Positions 8,753 to 16,897 of a stretch of DNA of 42,932 nucleotides are shown in pieces. How positions within the stretch are numbered: the stretch's first letter is position 1; every line of letters begins with the position of its first letter. The position numbers were made by a program, and so were the translations under genes. This DNA is from Steroidobacteraceae bacterium. GTDB taxonomy: Bacteria; Pseudomonadota; Gammaproteobacteria; Steroidobacterales; Steroidobacteraceae. The stretch lies in NCBI GenBank assembly GCA_036401635.1, contig DASWUP010000154.1, positions 1 to 42,932 on the forward strand, in the 5' to 3' direction. Below the pieces are notes generated by a model. That model had not been told where the DNA came from. It saw only the letters and a program-made list of their open reading frames with translations, and ran no database searches.

Positions 8753-11224
8753 TTACTCCTCGCCGCCGCCTTCCGCCTTGCCAAAACGGTAATTGAGCCG
8801 CACACCGAAAACGCGCGGCTCGTTGGTGGTGAGCCGCAGGTCAAAATTACCGGTGTTGCTGTAGACGATCGCGTTCTTGTTCGTGAGGTTGGCGATGTAA
8901 AACTCCGCCAGCCAGTTGCCGCCGCCGTGATTCAAGCCGAAGCGCAGATTCGTGATGGTGTAGCTCGGCTGCAGGATGCGCGGCAGCCCGGTTTGCTTGT
9001 CTGCGGGGTTCAGGGCGTTCCACATGTCGCCCTTGTGGGCCATATCGAGCTGCGCGTAGCCGCGCAACTGCGTGCCGAGTGCATGCTCGTAGCGCGCGTT
9101 CCAGCTCCAGCTGAAGTAAGGCGCGAACGGCAGGCGCTCGCCGACGTACCCCTGGTAGTCCGGGTTGATCGTAGAAATGAGGTGCGAGTCGGTGTAATTG
9201 CCCGAAGCCTGCAACGACCAGTTGTCGTTGAGCTTGTAGTTGATATTCGACTCCACGCCGTAGATGCGCGCCTTGCCGACGTTGATGTTGTAACTCGAAG
9301 AGGGGCAGACGAGCGCGTTGTAGATGAGCGTCTGCAGCTGCTGCCACTCCATGTCGTAGGCCGCGCCGTTCCACAGGAGCTTGCCTTGCACGCTGGTCGT
9401 CTTCCAGCCGATTTCGTAGTTGTTGAGCGTGTCGGGCACATACGTGTGCGGAACCCCGGCGTTGTAGCACGCCTGCGGATTGCCCGCGTTGGTGCCGCCG
9501 TCGCGAAAGCCCTGCGCGAAATCGGCGTACACCATGGCTCTGTCGGTGATTTTGTAGTTGGCGCCGAGCTTGCCGTTCCACTTCGTTGAGCCACCGGTAT
9601 AGGTGCTCGGGCCGGAGTTGGCGTAAGCGAACTGAACGTAAGGGGTGTAGTAGCTGGAGTAGGAGCGAAAATGCACCGCGCCCGCTTCGACGTTGAGCTT
9701 GTCCGTGAGATCGAAGTTGAGGTCCGCGAACTCGGTGCTTTGCCAGTAGTCGGAGCGCTCGATGTACGAGTACCACACACCCGGCGGCAGCGTTGGCTGC
9801 GTCAGCCCGTAATAGGAGAGGTAGGACTGAAACGCCGCCCCCTGGTACTGAAGTCCCGGCATGAAATAGGTATTGTTGTAGCCCTTGTCCAGGGTCTTCT
9901 CCCAGTACAGACCCCCGAGCCAGTGAAAGCGCCCCCCCGGCTTGGACACCAGCCGCAGCTCGTCCGACCAGCGCTGCGGGTAGAGGTTGTATGAGTAAGA
10001 CTGCGTCGGCGCGTTGCAGCCGGTGTAGGGGCCGCCACCGTAGAATGGGTCGTTGAGACAGGTGAAGCCCTCCTGGGTGCCCGGAAAGCCTGTTGGAGGC
10101 ACTTTTCTGGCACCGGCGTTGAAGTTCTCCTCGTACTGCGAGTACTCGTTCCACTGGTGCCTGGGCTGCGACCAGTAGGTGCTCGCGAACACCAGATCCC
10201 CGATACCGACATCGCCGTCCACGTGAAAGTCGAGCATCTTGGTTTCAAAGTCATCTTGCTCCGGACCGAAGCGCGCCACCGTACGGGCAGCGAGTGTGGG
10301 ATCCTGGTCCCACGCCCCGACCGTGTGCTGGCGCTGGTAGCCGTAAGTGAGTAAGGCGCTCCAGCGCTCACCGAGCTGCGCTTTCAACGCCGCGCGGGCG
10401 CCTTCGACGTGCTCGCGGTTGTAGTTGTTGCGCGCCCATTGGGCGTTATTCGAGACCGCGCCGTTGAGCCAGGTGCGGGTCGTCAGTGCGTTGTTGATGA
10501 AACCGCCGTGGTAATCGCTGAAGGCCGAGGCGCGCAAGCCGAGAATCCCCGCGACGATGGGGACGTTGACGAATCCCTGATAGGTCCAGTTGTCCTGGGC
10601 GCCTTGGATCTTGCCGCCGTCGAAGTCGGCGCCCGCACTGAAGGCATTCACGTCGGGCTTGTTGGTGATGTAGCGGATCGCGCCTGACATGGAACCGGCG
10701 CCGAAGGTGGTGCCCTGCGGGCCGTTCAGCACCTCGATGCGCTCGATGTCGTAAAGGTGCAGGTCCGGCTGCTGGCCGCTGTCGCTCATCGACATGTCGT
10801 CGACGAAGAAACCGGTCGAGGAAGTGTTCGCGTAGTTCGGGTTGCTGCCGTCCGAGGCGCCGCGCATGACGAACAGCTGCGTGCCCGGGCCGGTGCTGAT
10901 GAAAGAAATGGAGGGCACCTTTTGCGCGTAGTCATCGATGCTGTTGATGGCGAGGTTCTGCAGGTCCTTCTTGGTAAAGACCTCGATGCTCAAGGGTACG
11001 TCCTGCAGGTTCTCCACGCGCTTGCGTGCCGTGACGACGACTTCCTGCAGCGCCCCCCCACCCGTGGCGTCGGCAGCCGCGGCGGCGAGCGCGGGCGTGC
11101 GCGGTGCGATGACACTGGCGAGCGCCGCGGCTACCGCCAGACTGATCTTCGAGCTGCCGCCGCGCGGCAGCTGCACGCACGCGTCGGGAAAAGAACCGGC
11201 CGCACGATTCCAGCTAGAACGCAT
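8753..11224 (-). CDS. TonB-dependent outer-membrane receptor
   Basis: 823 aa. TonB-box-like LQEVVVTA after an Ala-rich signal region. Plug-domain motif IEVLNGPQGTTFGAGSMSGAIRYITNKP. Long Tyr/Asn/Gly-rich beta-barrel region. The terminal strand is GVRLNYRF, followed by 9 extra residues. The n-region of the signal peptide is unusually long, so a downstream GTG start (VQLPRGGSSK...) is also possible. Confidence 0.9.
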   Translation of the reverse strand: MRSSWNRAAGSFPDACVQLPRGGSSKISLAVAAALASVIAPRTPALAAAAADATGGGALQEVVVTARKRVENLQDVPLSIEVFTKKDLQNLAINSIDDYAQKVPSISFISTGPGTQLFVMRGASDGSNPNYANTSSTGFFVDDMSMSDSGQQPDLHLYDIERIEVLNGPQGTTFGAGSMSGAIRYITNKPDVNAFSAGADFDGGKIQGAQDNWTYQGFVNVPIVAGILGLRASAFSDYHGGFINNALTTRTWLNGAVSNNAQWARNNYNREHVEGARAALKAQLGERWSALLTYGYQRQHTVGAWDQDPTLAARTVARFGPEQDDFETKMLDFHVDGDVGIGDLVFASTYWSQPRHQWNEYSQYEENFNAGARKVPPTGFPGTQEGFTCLNDPFYGGGPYTGCNAPTQSYSYNLYPQRWSDELRLVSKPGGRFHWLGGLYWEKTLDKGYNNTYFMPGLQYQGAAFQSYLSYYGLTQPTLPPGVWYSYIERSDYWQSTEFADLNFDLTDKLNVEAGAVHFRSYSSYYTPYVQFAYANSGPSTYTGGSTKWNGKLGANYKITDRAMVYADFAQGFRDGGTNAGNPQACYNAGVPHTYVPDTLNNYEIGWKTTSVQGKLLWNGAAYDMEWQQLQTLIYNALVCPSSSYNINVGKARIYGVESNINYKLNDNWSLQASGNYTDSHLISTINPDYQGYVGERLPFAPYFSWSWNARYEHALGTQLRGYAQLDMAHKGDMWNALNPADKQTGLPRILQPSYTITNLRFGLNHGGGNWLAEFYIANLTNKNAIVYSNTGNFDLRLTTNEPRVFGVRLNYRFGKAEGGGEE

Positions 11225-11367
11225 CAGAGAGAACTCCCCGCACAGCTCATTATCGTAGATCGCGCGCTCAACCGTGGGCTGAGGGCCTTGCTGAGATCAT
11301 CCTTTGAGCGAGCGTCCTTAGTCAACGATCGTTCAATAAGGCTCATCGGGCGGGCCGCCAGCAGAGG

Positions 11368-13356
11368 TCATTCGAAGCGCTCCAGGCAGTCCCCCAGCGC
11401 GCGTCGCAAGGGCTCAAGCTCGCGCTCGAAATTCCGCCAGTAACCCAGGCCCGAAGTGTAAAGCGGCTGCCGTACCTGTTCGGCGCTGGCGGTGCGCACT
11501 GAGCGTTGCGTCTCGTGGAAGCGCAGGCAGGCGGGCTCGAAAGGCAGCCGGCAATGCTCGAGCAGGCGGCGGATGTTGGCTTCCGGATCGCGCACCAGCT
11601 CCTCGTACTGCAGATGCAACGCCTTGCCCGGCAGTACCGCGTCCCAGTGGTCCATGAGGGAGAGGTAGCAGCGGTAGTAGCGGCCGAGGTCCTCGAGGTC
11701 GTAGCTGAAGGTCTGCCCCTCGGCGAAGTGCTGCCTGAAGGTGCTGAAGCACGCATCCATGGGATGACGCCGCGCGTCGATAACCGTGGCGTTCGGCAGG
11801 ATCGCGTGGATCAGCCCGATGTGACTGAAATTGTTCGGCAACTTGTCGGTGAAGTGCGCGCGCCCCGAACGCAGTGGCGCCGTCTCCTCGAGATAACGCT
11901 TACCGAGTGCGATGAGCTGGGCGAGCGCTGCCGTGCCGACTGACTCGGGGTAAGCGTCGCGGCCAGCGGCCATGTCGGCAAACTGGCCGACGATATTGAG
12001 GATGTTCGGCAGCTCCATCGTGCCTTCCACGCGCGAGTGGCTGGCGAGGATCTGTTCCACCAGTGTGGAGCCCGAGCGCGGCAGTCCGACGATGAAGATC
12101 GGTGCGGTGCTCTCGGCGCCGCTCCCGGCACGCGCGGCAAAGAAGGCCGCATCGAAGAACGCGCGGATGCGCGCGCTGCGGTGCTCGAAGCCCTCGATGT
12201 CGAACGGCGCGTCGCGGCGCCGCAGAGCATTTCCCCGGACATAGTACGCGAAGGCTTGCGGGTACAGCCGGCGCTGCTCGAGAGCCTTGCCGAGCGCGAA
12301 ATTCAGCTGCGCCTGGTCGCTGCGTTCGCGCGCGTCGCTCGCCAGCAGCTGCTGCATGGCCGCGACCTCGGCATCGCTGAAGAGGTAGTTTTTGAGGTCC
12401 GCAAGACTCCAGTAGGCCTCGGCCCGGCCCGGATCCATCTGCAGCGCCGCCTTGTAGGAAGCCTCGCTGTCGCGGCGGCGGCCGAGCGTCTTTTGCACGT
12501 GTCCGACGGACATGCGCAGCCCCACTTCTTGCGGCTTCAGCCGCGCCGCGCGCTCGTAGGCTTCGAGTGCCTGCTCCTGTCGCATGAGCCGGGTCGCGAC
12601 ACCGGCGCGCGTGACCCAGGTCTGCGGGCTCTCGGGCTCGATCTTCATGAGGTGGCGCGTGGCGGCATCTGCTTCCTCGAGGCGGCCCAACGCCATCAGC
12701 GCAGGCGCGAGTCCCCGATACGCCAGCGGCAGGTACTCGGACTGCTTCAGGGCGTGGCGCAGCAGTCGCTCGGCATCGCGTGCCCGGTCGGCGGCGAGTG
12801 AAACTGCAGCCAGCCCGCACAGCGCCGCTGCATGACTCGGATCCTCGTGGAGAATCTCGCGAAAGATGCTCTCGGATCTCTTGCGTTCGTCGGCCGCGAG
12901 CGCTGCGGTTGCCTCCCCGATCCGCGCGCGCTGCGGATCGGTGAGGCGCGCGCGCTCGAACGCAATGCGCGCGTCATCGTACTGCCCGAGGTCGACGAGC
13001 GCATCGCCGTAGGCGAGCCAGGCGCGGTGATGGTGCGGTTCCTTCTGCAGTACCCGCCGCACTTCTTCGCGCGCCGGCGCGGCGCGGCCGGCGCGGCGGT
13101 AAGCACGTGCCAGATCCACCCGCGCGCTGGCGAAGCCGGGGGCGCGCGCGAGCACGCGCTCGAGCCTGGATATGCTCTCCGGGACCTTGTCCTGATCCAG
13201 CAGCGCGACTCCCAGGAGCCACTGGCAGTTCACCTCCTCGGGGAACTGTGCCTCGAGCGCACGCAGCAGGCGTTCCGCGGTCGCCGCCCGGCCGGCGCGC
13301 AGCGCCGCGTGCGCCTGGCGGCGGCTCTCCTCGAATGCGGCAGGTGCGTTCGGCAC
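11368..13356 (-). CDS. TPR-repeat-containing PAPS-dependent sulfotransferase family protein (cytoplasmic)
   Basis: 662 aa with a GTG start at 13356 and no signal peptide. The N-terminal ~400 aa are TPR-like. The C-terminal domain carries GLPRSGSTLVEQIL (5'-phosphosulfate-binding loop) and RRHPMDACFS (R-x-P-x-D-x3-S, 3'-phosphate-binding type). Confidence 0.85.
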   Translation of the reverse strand: MPNAPAAFEESRRQAHAALRAGRAATAERLLRALEAQFPEEVNCQWLLGVALLDQDKVPESISRLERVLARAPGFASARVDLARAYRRAGRAAPAREEVRRVLQKEPHHHRAWLAYGDALVDLGQYDDARIAFERARLTDPQRARIGEATAALAADERKRSESIFREILHEDPSHAAALCGLAAVSLAADRARDAERLLRHALKQSEYLPLAYRGLAPALMALGRLEEADAATRHLMKIEPESPQTWVTRAGVATRLMRQEQALEAYERAARLKPQEVGLRMSVGHVQKTLGRRRDSEASYKAALQMDPGRAEAYWSLADLKNYLFSDAEVAAMQQLLASDARERSDQAQLNFALGKALEQRRLYPQAFAYYVRGNALRRRDAPFDIEGFEHRSARIRAFFDAAFFAARAGSGAESTAPIFIVGLPRSGSTLVEQILASHSRVEGTMELPNILNIVGQFADMAAGRDAYPESVGTAALAQLIALGKRYLEETAPLRSGRAHFTDKLPNNFSHIGLIHAILPNATVIDARRHPMDACFSTFRQHFAEGQTFSYDLEDLGRYYRCYLSLMDHWDAVLPGKALHLQYEELVRDPEANIRRLLEHCRLPFEPACLRFHETQRSVRTASAEQVRQPLYTSGLGYWRNFERELEPLRRALGDCLERFE

Positions 13357-13400
13357 AACCGCAGTTTGCCCCCGCAGCGCAGCCTCAGGCTACACTTCCC

Positions 13401-13418
13401 GCGCACCGTCCGGTGCGC
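13401..13418. promoter_or_regulatory. 18-nt palindrome GCGCACCG-TC-CGGTGCGC in a divergent intergenic region (candidate operator or 5'-UTR hairpin)
   Basis: Perfect 8+8 inverted repeat with a 2-nt spacer, read directly from the sequence. It lies in the 86-nt gap between the divergent sulfotransferase (start 13356) and S9 peptidase (start 13443) genes. Function unproven. Confidence 0.3.
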
Positions 13419-13442
13419 GCGCGCAACGCGAAAGACGTGTAC

Positions 13443-15449
13443 GTGAAACGCCTGTTGCCGATGGCTGTCGCCCTGCTGCTCTGCCTTGCGTCCCTGGCCG
13501 CGCAGGCCGGACGGGGTCTGGCCACTGAGGACTGGTATCGCTTTCAGGCCGTGTCCGATCTCAGGATCGCTCCCGACGGCGCCGCGGTCGCCTATCTCGT
13601 GACCAGCTACGACAAGGAATCCGACGAGAGCGCGGGCGCGCTGTGGCTCGCCAACTGGTCAGGTAAGCAGAGCGTGCGGCTCACGCGCGGGGAGAGCGTG
13701 AGTGAGCCGCGCTTCAGCCCCGACGGGCGCTACGTCAGCTTCCTGTCGGCGCGTCCAGCGGGCGGCACGACGCAGTTGTGGGTTCTCGATCGGCGCGGCG
13801 GGGAGCCTCAGCAACTGAGTCACTGCAGCGGCGAGGTCACCGGCTACGACTGGTCGCCCGACGCTCGGCACGCCGTGCTCGTGATGCATGCGGGCGAGGA
13901 TTCGAAGTCGCCCAGACCTAATGTCATCGACGCCTACCAGTTCAAGGCGGACAAGGAGGGTTACCTTACCGCGCAGGCGCGCCCGCACCTGTACCTGCTC
14001 GATATCGGCAACGGCGCCTGCGACGCTCTCACCGCCGATTCTGAGCGCGCGGACTCATTGCCGGCCTTCTCACCGGACGGGCGCCAGATAGCCTACGTCG
14101 GCAACCGAAGCGTCGGCCCGCGCGACGCCGGCGTCGACGAGATCTACCTCATGGCCGCCGCCCGAGGTGCGACGGCGCAGCGGCTGCTGTCGACCTGGTC
14201 GCCGAATCACCAGAAGCTCGAATGGAGTCCCGACGGCAAGCTCATCGCCTTTCTGCAGGGTGCGGAACCGAAATACAACGCCTACATCATGGACAGTCTC
14301 GCAGTGGCGGAGGTGCCCTCGGGGCGCGTGCGCACCCTGACCGCTGGCCTCGACCGCGCGGTGGTCTCTCCGAAGTTCGCCGCCGACGGCCGCTCGATAC
14401 AGTTCGCCGTGGAGGACGACGGCAGCCAGTACCCGGCGCGGGTCGCACTCGACACGGGTGCGATCGAGCGCCTCGCAGGTCCGATGGTCGTGCACGAGCT
14501 CACCGCGGCTGCCGGGCATACCGCCGTCCTGGTGTCGAGCGATCGCGCGCCGGTAGAGGTATTTGCCCTTGAAGAGGGGCGGTTGCGCCCGTTGAGTGAC
14601 CACAACCAGGCGCTGTTCGCGGAGCTTGCGCTCGGCCCGGTGGAGGACATCTCCTTCAGTAGCCGTGATGGAACGCAGATACACGGGCAGATCGTCAAGC
14701 CTCCGGACTATGTGCCGGGGCGACGCTACCCGACGATCCTGTGGATTCACGGCGGACCCAACGGCCAGGATGACCACTCGCTCGAGCTCGAGAGCTACGC
14801 CCCACCGCTCGAACGGCAGCTGTTCGCCACTCACGGCTACGTGGCGCTGGCGATCAACTATCGCGGTGGCACGGGTCGCGGTGCGAAATTCGCGCGCAGC
14901 ATCGCGGCCGACTGGGGCCACAAGGAAGTCGAGGATCTGCTGGCGGGCGTCGACTATGCGATTGCCAGGGGCATCGCCGACCCGGCGCGCCTCGGTATCG
15001 GAGGCTGGAGCTACGGCGCACTTCTCACGGACTACGTCATTGCCAGCGACGCGCGTTTCAAGGCGGCGATCAGCGGAGCGGGCAGTGGCGATCAAATCGC
15101 GACCTACGGTTCCGACCAGTATGTGCTCGAGTACAACGCCGAGTTAGGACCCCCGTGGCGCAATCCTGCACTGTGGATCAAGGTGTCGTACCCGTTCTTC
15201 CACGCGGATCGGATCCACACGCCCACCCTGTTCCTGGGGGGCGACAAGGACTTCAACGTGCCCATAGCCGGCGGCGAGCAGATGTACCAGGCGCTGCGCA
15301 CGCTCGGCGTGCCGACCCAACTCGTGGTGTATCCCGGCCAGTCTCACTCGCTGACCCGGCCCAGCTTCCTCAAGGACCGCGCCGAGCGTTATCTCGACTG
15401 GATGGGAAAGCGCCTGCTGGATGGGAAAGCGCCTGCTGGAAAGCCTTAA
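13443..15449 (+). CDS. secreted S9-family serine peptidase (prolyl oligopeptidase / acylaminoacyl-peptidase type)
   Basis: Track ORF 13107..15449 trimmed to GTG 13443 (KRLLPMAVALLLCLASLAAQA signal peptide); ATG 13461 is the alternative. N-terminal beta-propeller-like region. C-terminal alpha/beta hydrolase with nucleophile GGWSYGA, Asp in GGDKDFNVP and His in GQSHSL. Confidence 0.88.
   Translation: MKRLLPMAVALLLCLASLAAQAGRGLATEDWYRFQAVSDLRIAPDGAAVAYLVTSYDKESDESAGALWLANWSGKQSVRLTRGESVSEPRFSPDGRYVSFLSARPAGGTTQLWVLDRRGGEPQQLSHCSGEVTGYDWSPDARHAVLVMHAGEDSKSPRPNVIDAYQFKADKEGYLTAQARPHLYLLDIGNGACDALTADSERADSLPAFSPDGRQIAYVGNRSVGPRDAGVDEIYLMAAARGATAQRLLSTWSPNHQKLEWSPDGKLIAFLQGAEPKYNAYIMDSLAVAEVPSGRVRTLTAGLDRAVVSPKFAADGRSIQFAVEDDGSQYPARVALDTGAIERLAGPMVVHELTAAAGHTAVLVSSDRAPVEVFALEEGRLRPLSDHNQALFAELALGPVEDISFSSRDGTQIHGQIVKPPDYVPGRRYPTILWIHGGPNGQDDHSLELESYAPPLERQLFATHGYVALAINYRGGTGRGAKFARSIAADWGHKEVEDLLAGVDYAIARGIADPARLGIGGWSYGALLTDYVIASDARFKAAISGAGSGDQIATYGSDQYVLEYNAELGPPWRNPALWIKVSYPFFHADRIHTPTLFLGGDKDFNVPIAGGEQMYQALRTLGVPTQLVVYPGQSHSLTRPSFLKDRAERYLDWMGKRLLDGKAPAGKP
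15398..15440 (+). repeat. perfect 19-nt tandem duplication (CTGGATGGGAAAGCGCCTG x2 plus a 5-nt partial third copy) inside the 3' end of the S9 peptidase gene
   Basis: Copy 1 is 15398-15416 and copy 2 is 15417-15435; they are identical. 15436-15440 repeats the first 5 nt. Read directly from the sequence. Confidence 0.9.
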
Positions 15450-15484
15450 GCCGCCGGCGGATCGAGCGTGGAACGCGCATGCGC

Positions 15485-16276
15485 TCACCAGCGATTGCGC
15501 AACTCGCGCAGCTTCACGAATACGGTGCGGGCATTCGGATGCTCGCCGATCTCCGGAAACGCCTCCCGCAGCCGCGCAATGACCGTGGGATTCTGCAGCC
15601 GGAAGAACGTGTTGATGCGCTTCTCCTGGCCGAGCGTGGTCACCACCGCCGCGGCCGGGTCGTGATGGCGCGCCTGCCCGAGCAGCTGCGCCGCGTCCTG
15701 GTTGGTGGGTTCGCGATCGAGCGTGAACTCGAGATTGCGTGCCAGGTACTCGTGCCCGGGGAATACGCGCGTCTCATCCGGCAGGCGCGCCAGCTGGGTC
15801 ACGAAGCTGTCGTAGAGTTTTTCCGGGTGCCCGCCGTTGTGACAGTTGCCCGCGCCCGCGTTGAACAGCGTGTCGCCGCAAAACAGCGCCGGCTCATCCG
15901 TGCGCGCCAGCAGGCAGATATGCGCGAGCGTGTGGCCGGGCGTGTCGAGGCATTCGAGCTCCGCGGTGCGCCCCACCTTGATCACGTCCCCCTTGGCCAG
16001 GGCGCGATCCACGCCGCCGATCCGCGCGGCGGCACCCGCGTGCGCGGCTACCTTTGCGTGGGTTGCCGCCTTGAGCCCGGCATTGCCGCCGGTGTGGTCG
16101 CTGTGCTCGTGCGTGTTGAGAATCTGCGTGATCTCCCAGCCGCGCTTGCGCGCCGCGTCCAGGCACAGCCGCCACTCGAGCGGGTCGACGGCGAGCGCTT
16201 CGCCGGTCTCGGAACAGGCGATGAGATAGTGAAAATTTCGCAGGGAATTTCCCGACCAGATGCGTTCCGTCAACAT
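15485..16276 (-). CDS. gloB: MBL-fold hydroxyacylglutathione hydrolase (glyoxalase II type)
   Basis: Track ORF 15485..16681 trimmed to the ATG at 16276 (MLTERIWSGNSLRNFHYLIA...), which has an AAAGG ribosome-binding site upstream. Metal-binding motif THEHSDHTGG (HxHxDH). GloB-like C-terminus (NTFFRL...VFVKLRELRNRW). 263 aa. Confidence 0.75.
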   Translation of the reverse strand: MLTERIWSGNSLRNFHYLIACSETGEALAVDPLEWRLCLDAARKRGWEITQILNTHEHSDHTGGNAGLKAATHAKVAAHAGAAARIGGVDRALAKGDVIKVGRTAELECLDTPGHTLAHICLLARTDEPALFCGDTLFNAGAGNCHNGGHPEKLYDSFVTQLARLPDETRVFPGHEYLARNLEFTLDREPTNQDAAQLLGQARHHDPAAAVVTTLGQEKRINTFFRLQNPTVIARLREAFPEIGEHPNARTVFVKLRELRNRW

Positions 16277-16345
16277 AATGGCGCCTTTCACTGTCGCTTC
16301 GGTGCAACGTACCCCGAAACCTCCGGTGCGCGCCATAATGCACCC

Positions 16346-16783
16346 ATGGCGCATACGTTTTTGTTCGAGCCCGCGGTGTGGACCGGGACCGGGACGCTGT
16401 GGCGCACCGACGGGGAACCGCTGGAGGCGATCGGCCGCACCGAGATCGCGCATCGCCCGGAGTGCTGGCTGCTGTCCGGGACACTCAAGGTGCTCGGGTC
16501 CCCGCCGACCGAGTTCGTGCACGCCTACTGGATCGAACCGCCCGCTCCGGGCGCCTCCAGCATGAAGTGGACCTTCGAAAGCGCGATGTTCGGCACGCTG
16601 CAGGGGCGGTTTGCGGTCATCGGGTCTTCCATCCTGTCGGTGTACGGCTGCGAAGCTTCCGGCTATCACGGCTCGGAGCACCTGGGTCAGATCGACGCCG
16701 ACAACTACCGCTCCGCCGGCATGCTGCTGCTGAAGGACCGCGTGATCTATTCCTGGCAGATGACGCTGAAGCGCGCGCCGTAA
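16346..16783 (+). CDS. hypothetical protein (145 aa), divergent from gloB
   Basis: C-terminal part of track ORF 15155..16783; the rest of that ORF is antisense to gloB. First ATG after gloB ends at 16346 (MAHTFLFEPAVWTGTGTLWRTDGEPLEAIG...). Codon position 3 is strongly G/C in this frame. No motif recognised. Confidence 0.55.
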   Translation: MAHTFLFEPAVWTGTGTLWRTDGEPLEAIGRTEIAHRPECWLLSGTLKVLGSPPTEFVHAYWIEPPAPGASSMKWTFESAMFGTLQGRFAVIGSSILSVYGCEASGYHGSEHLGQIDADNYRSAGMLLLKDRVIYSWQMTLKRAP

Positions 16784-16897
16784 GCCGCACGGGAGCGCAA
16801 GCCATGCCGGAAGTTCGCCGCAGTGCGCAGCGTGGCTATTTCGACGTGCAGCGCGTGAGCGCCGGCACCGGCGTAACCCATCTGGATCCAGCCCGGC

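Noticed and set aside
11246-11254. GATAATGAG (minus strand) 22-30 nt upstream of the receptor ATG, resembling half of a Fur box.
   Set aside because: Only the first 8 of 19 consensus positions match and the second half is unrelated. This is not enough to call iron regulation.
11225-11367. Possible riboswitch (for example cobalamin) or regulatory palindrome upstream of the TonB-dependent receptor. This includes the 10-nt palindrome AACGATCGTT at 11324-11333.
   Set aside because: The gap is only 143 nt, and I see no B12-box-like or other riboswitch core. A spacerless 10-nt palindrome is expected dozens of times by chance in 43 kb.
13401-13418. Possible REP-like repeat family, because the hairpins at 13401-13418 and 41634-41651 share the core CGCACCG...CGGTGCG.
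   Set aside because: The words GCGCACC and GGTGCGC occur many times inside coding regions here (for example near 6890, 22520 and 27690). Two occurrences with different loops do not establish a repeat family.
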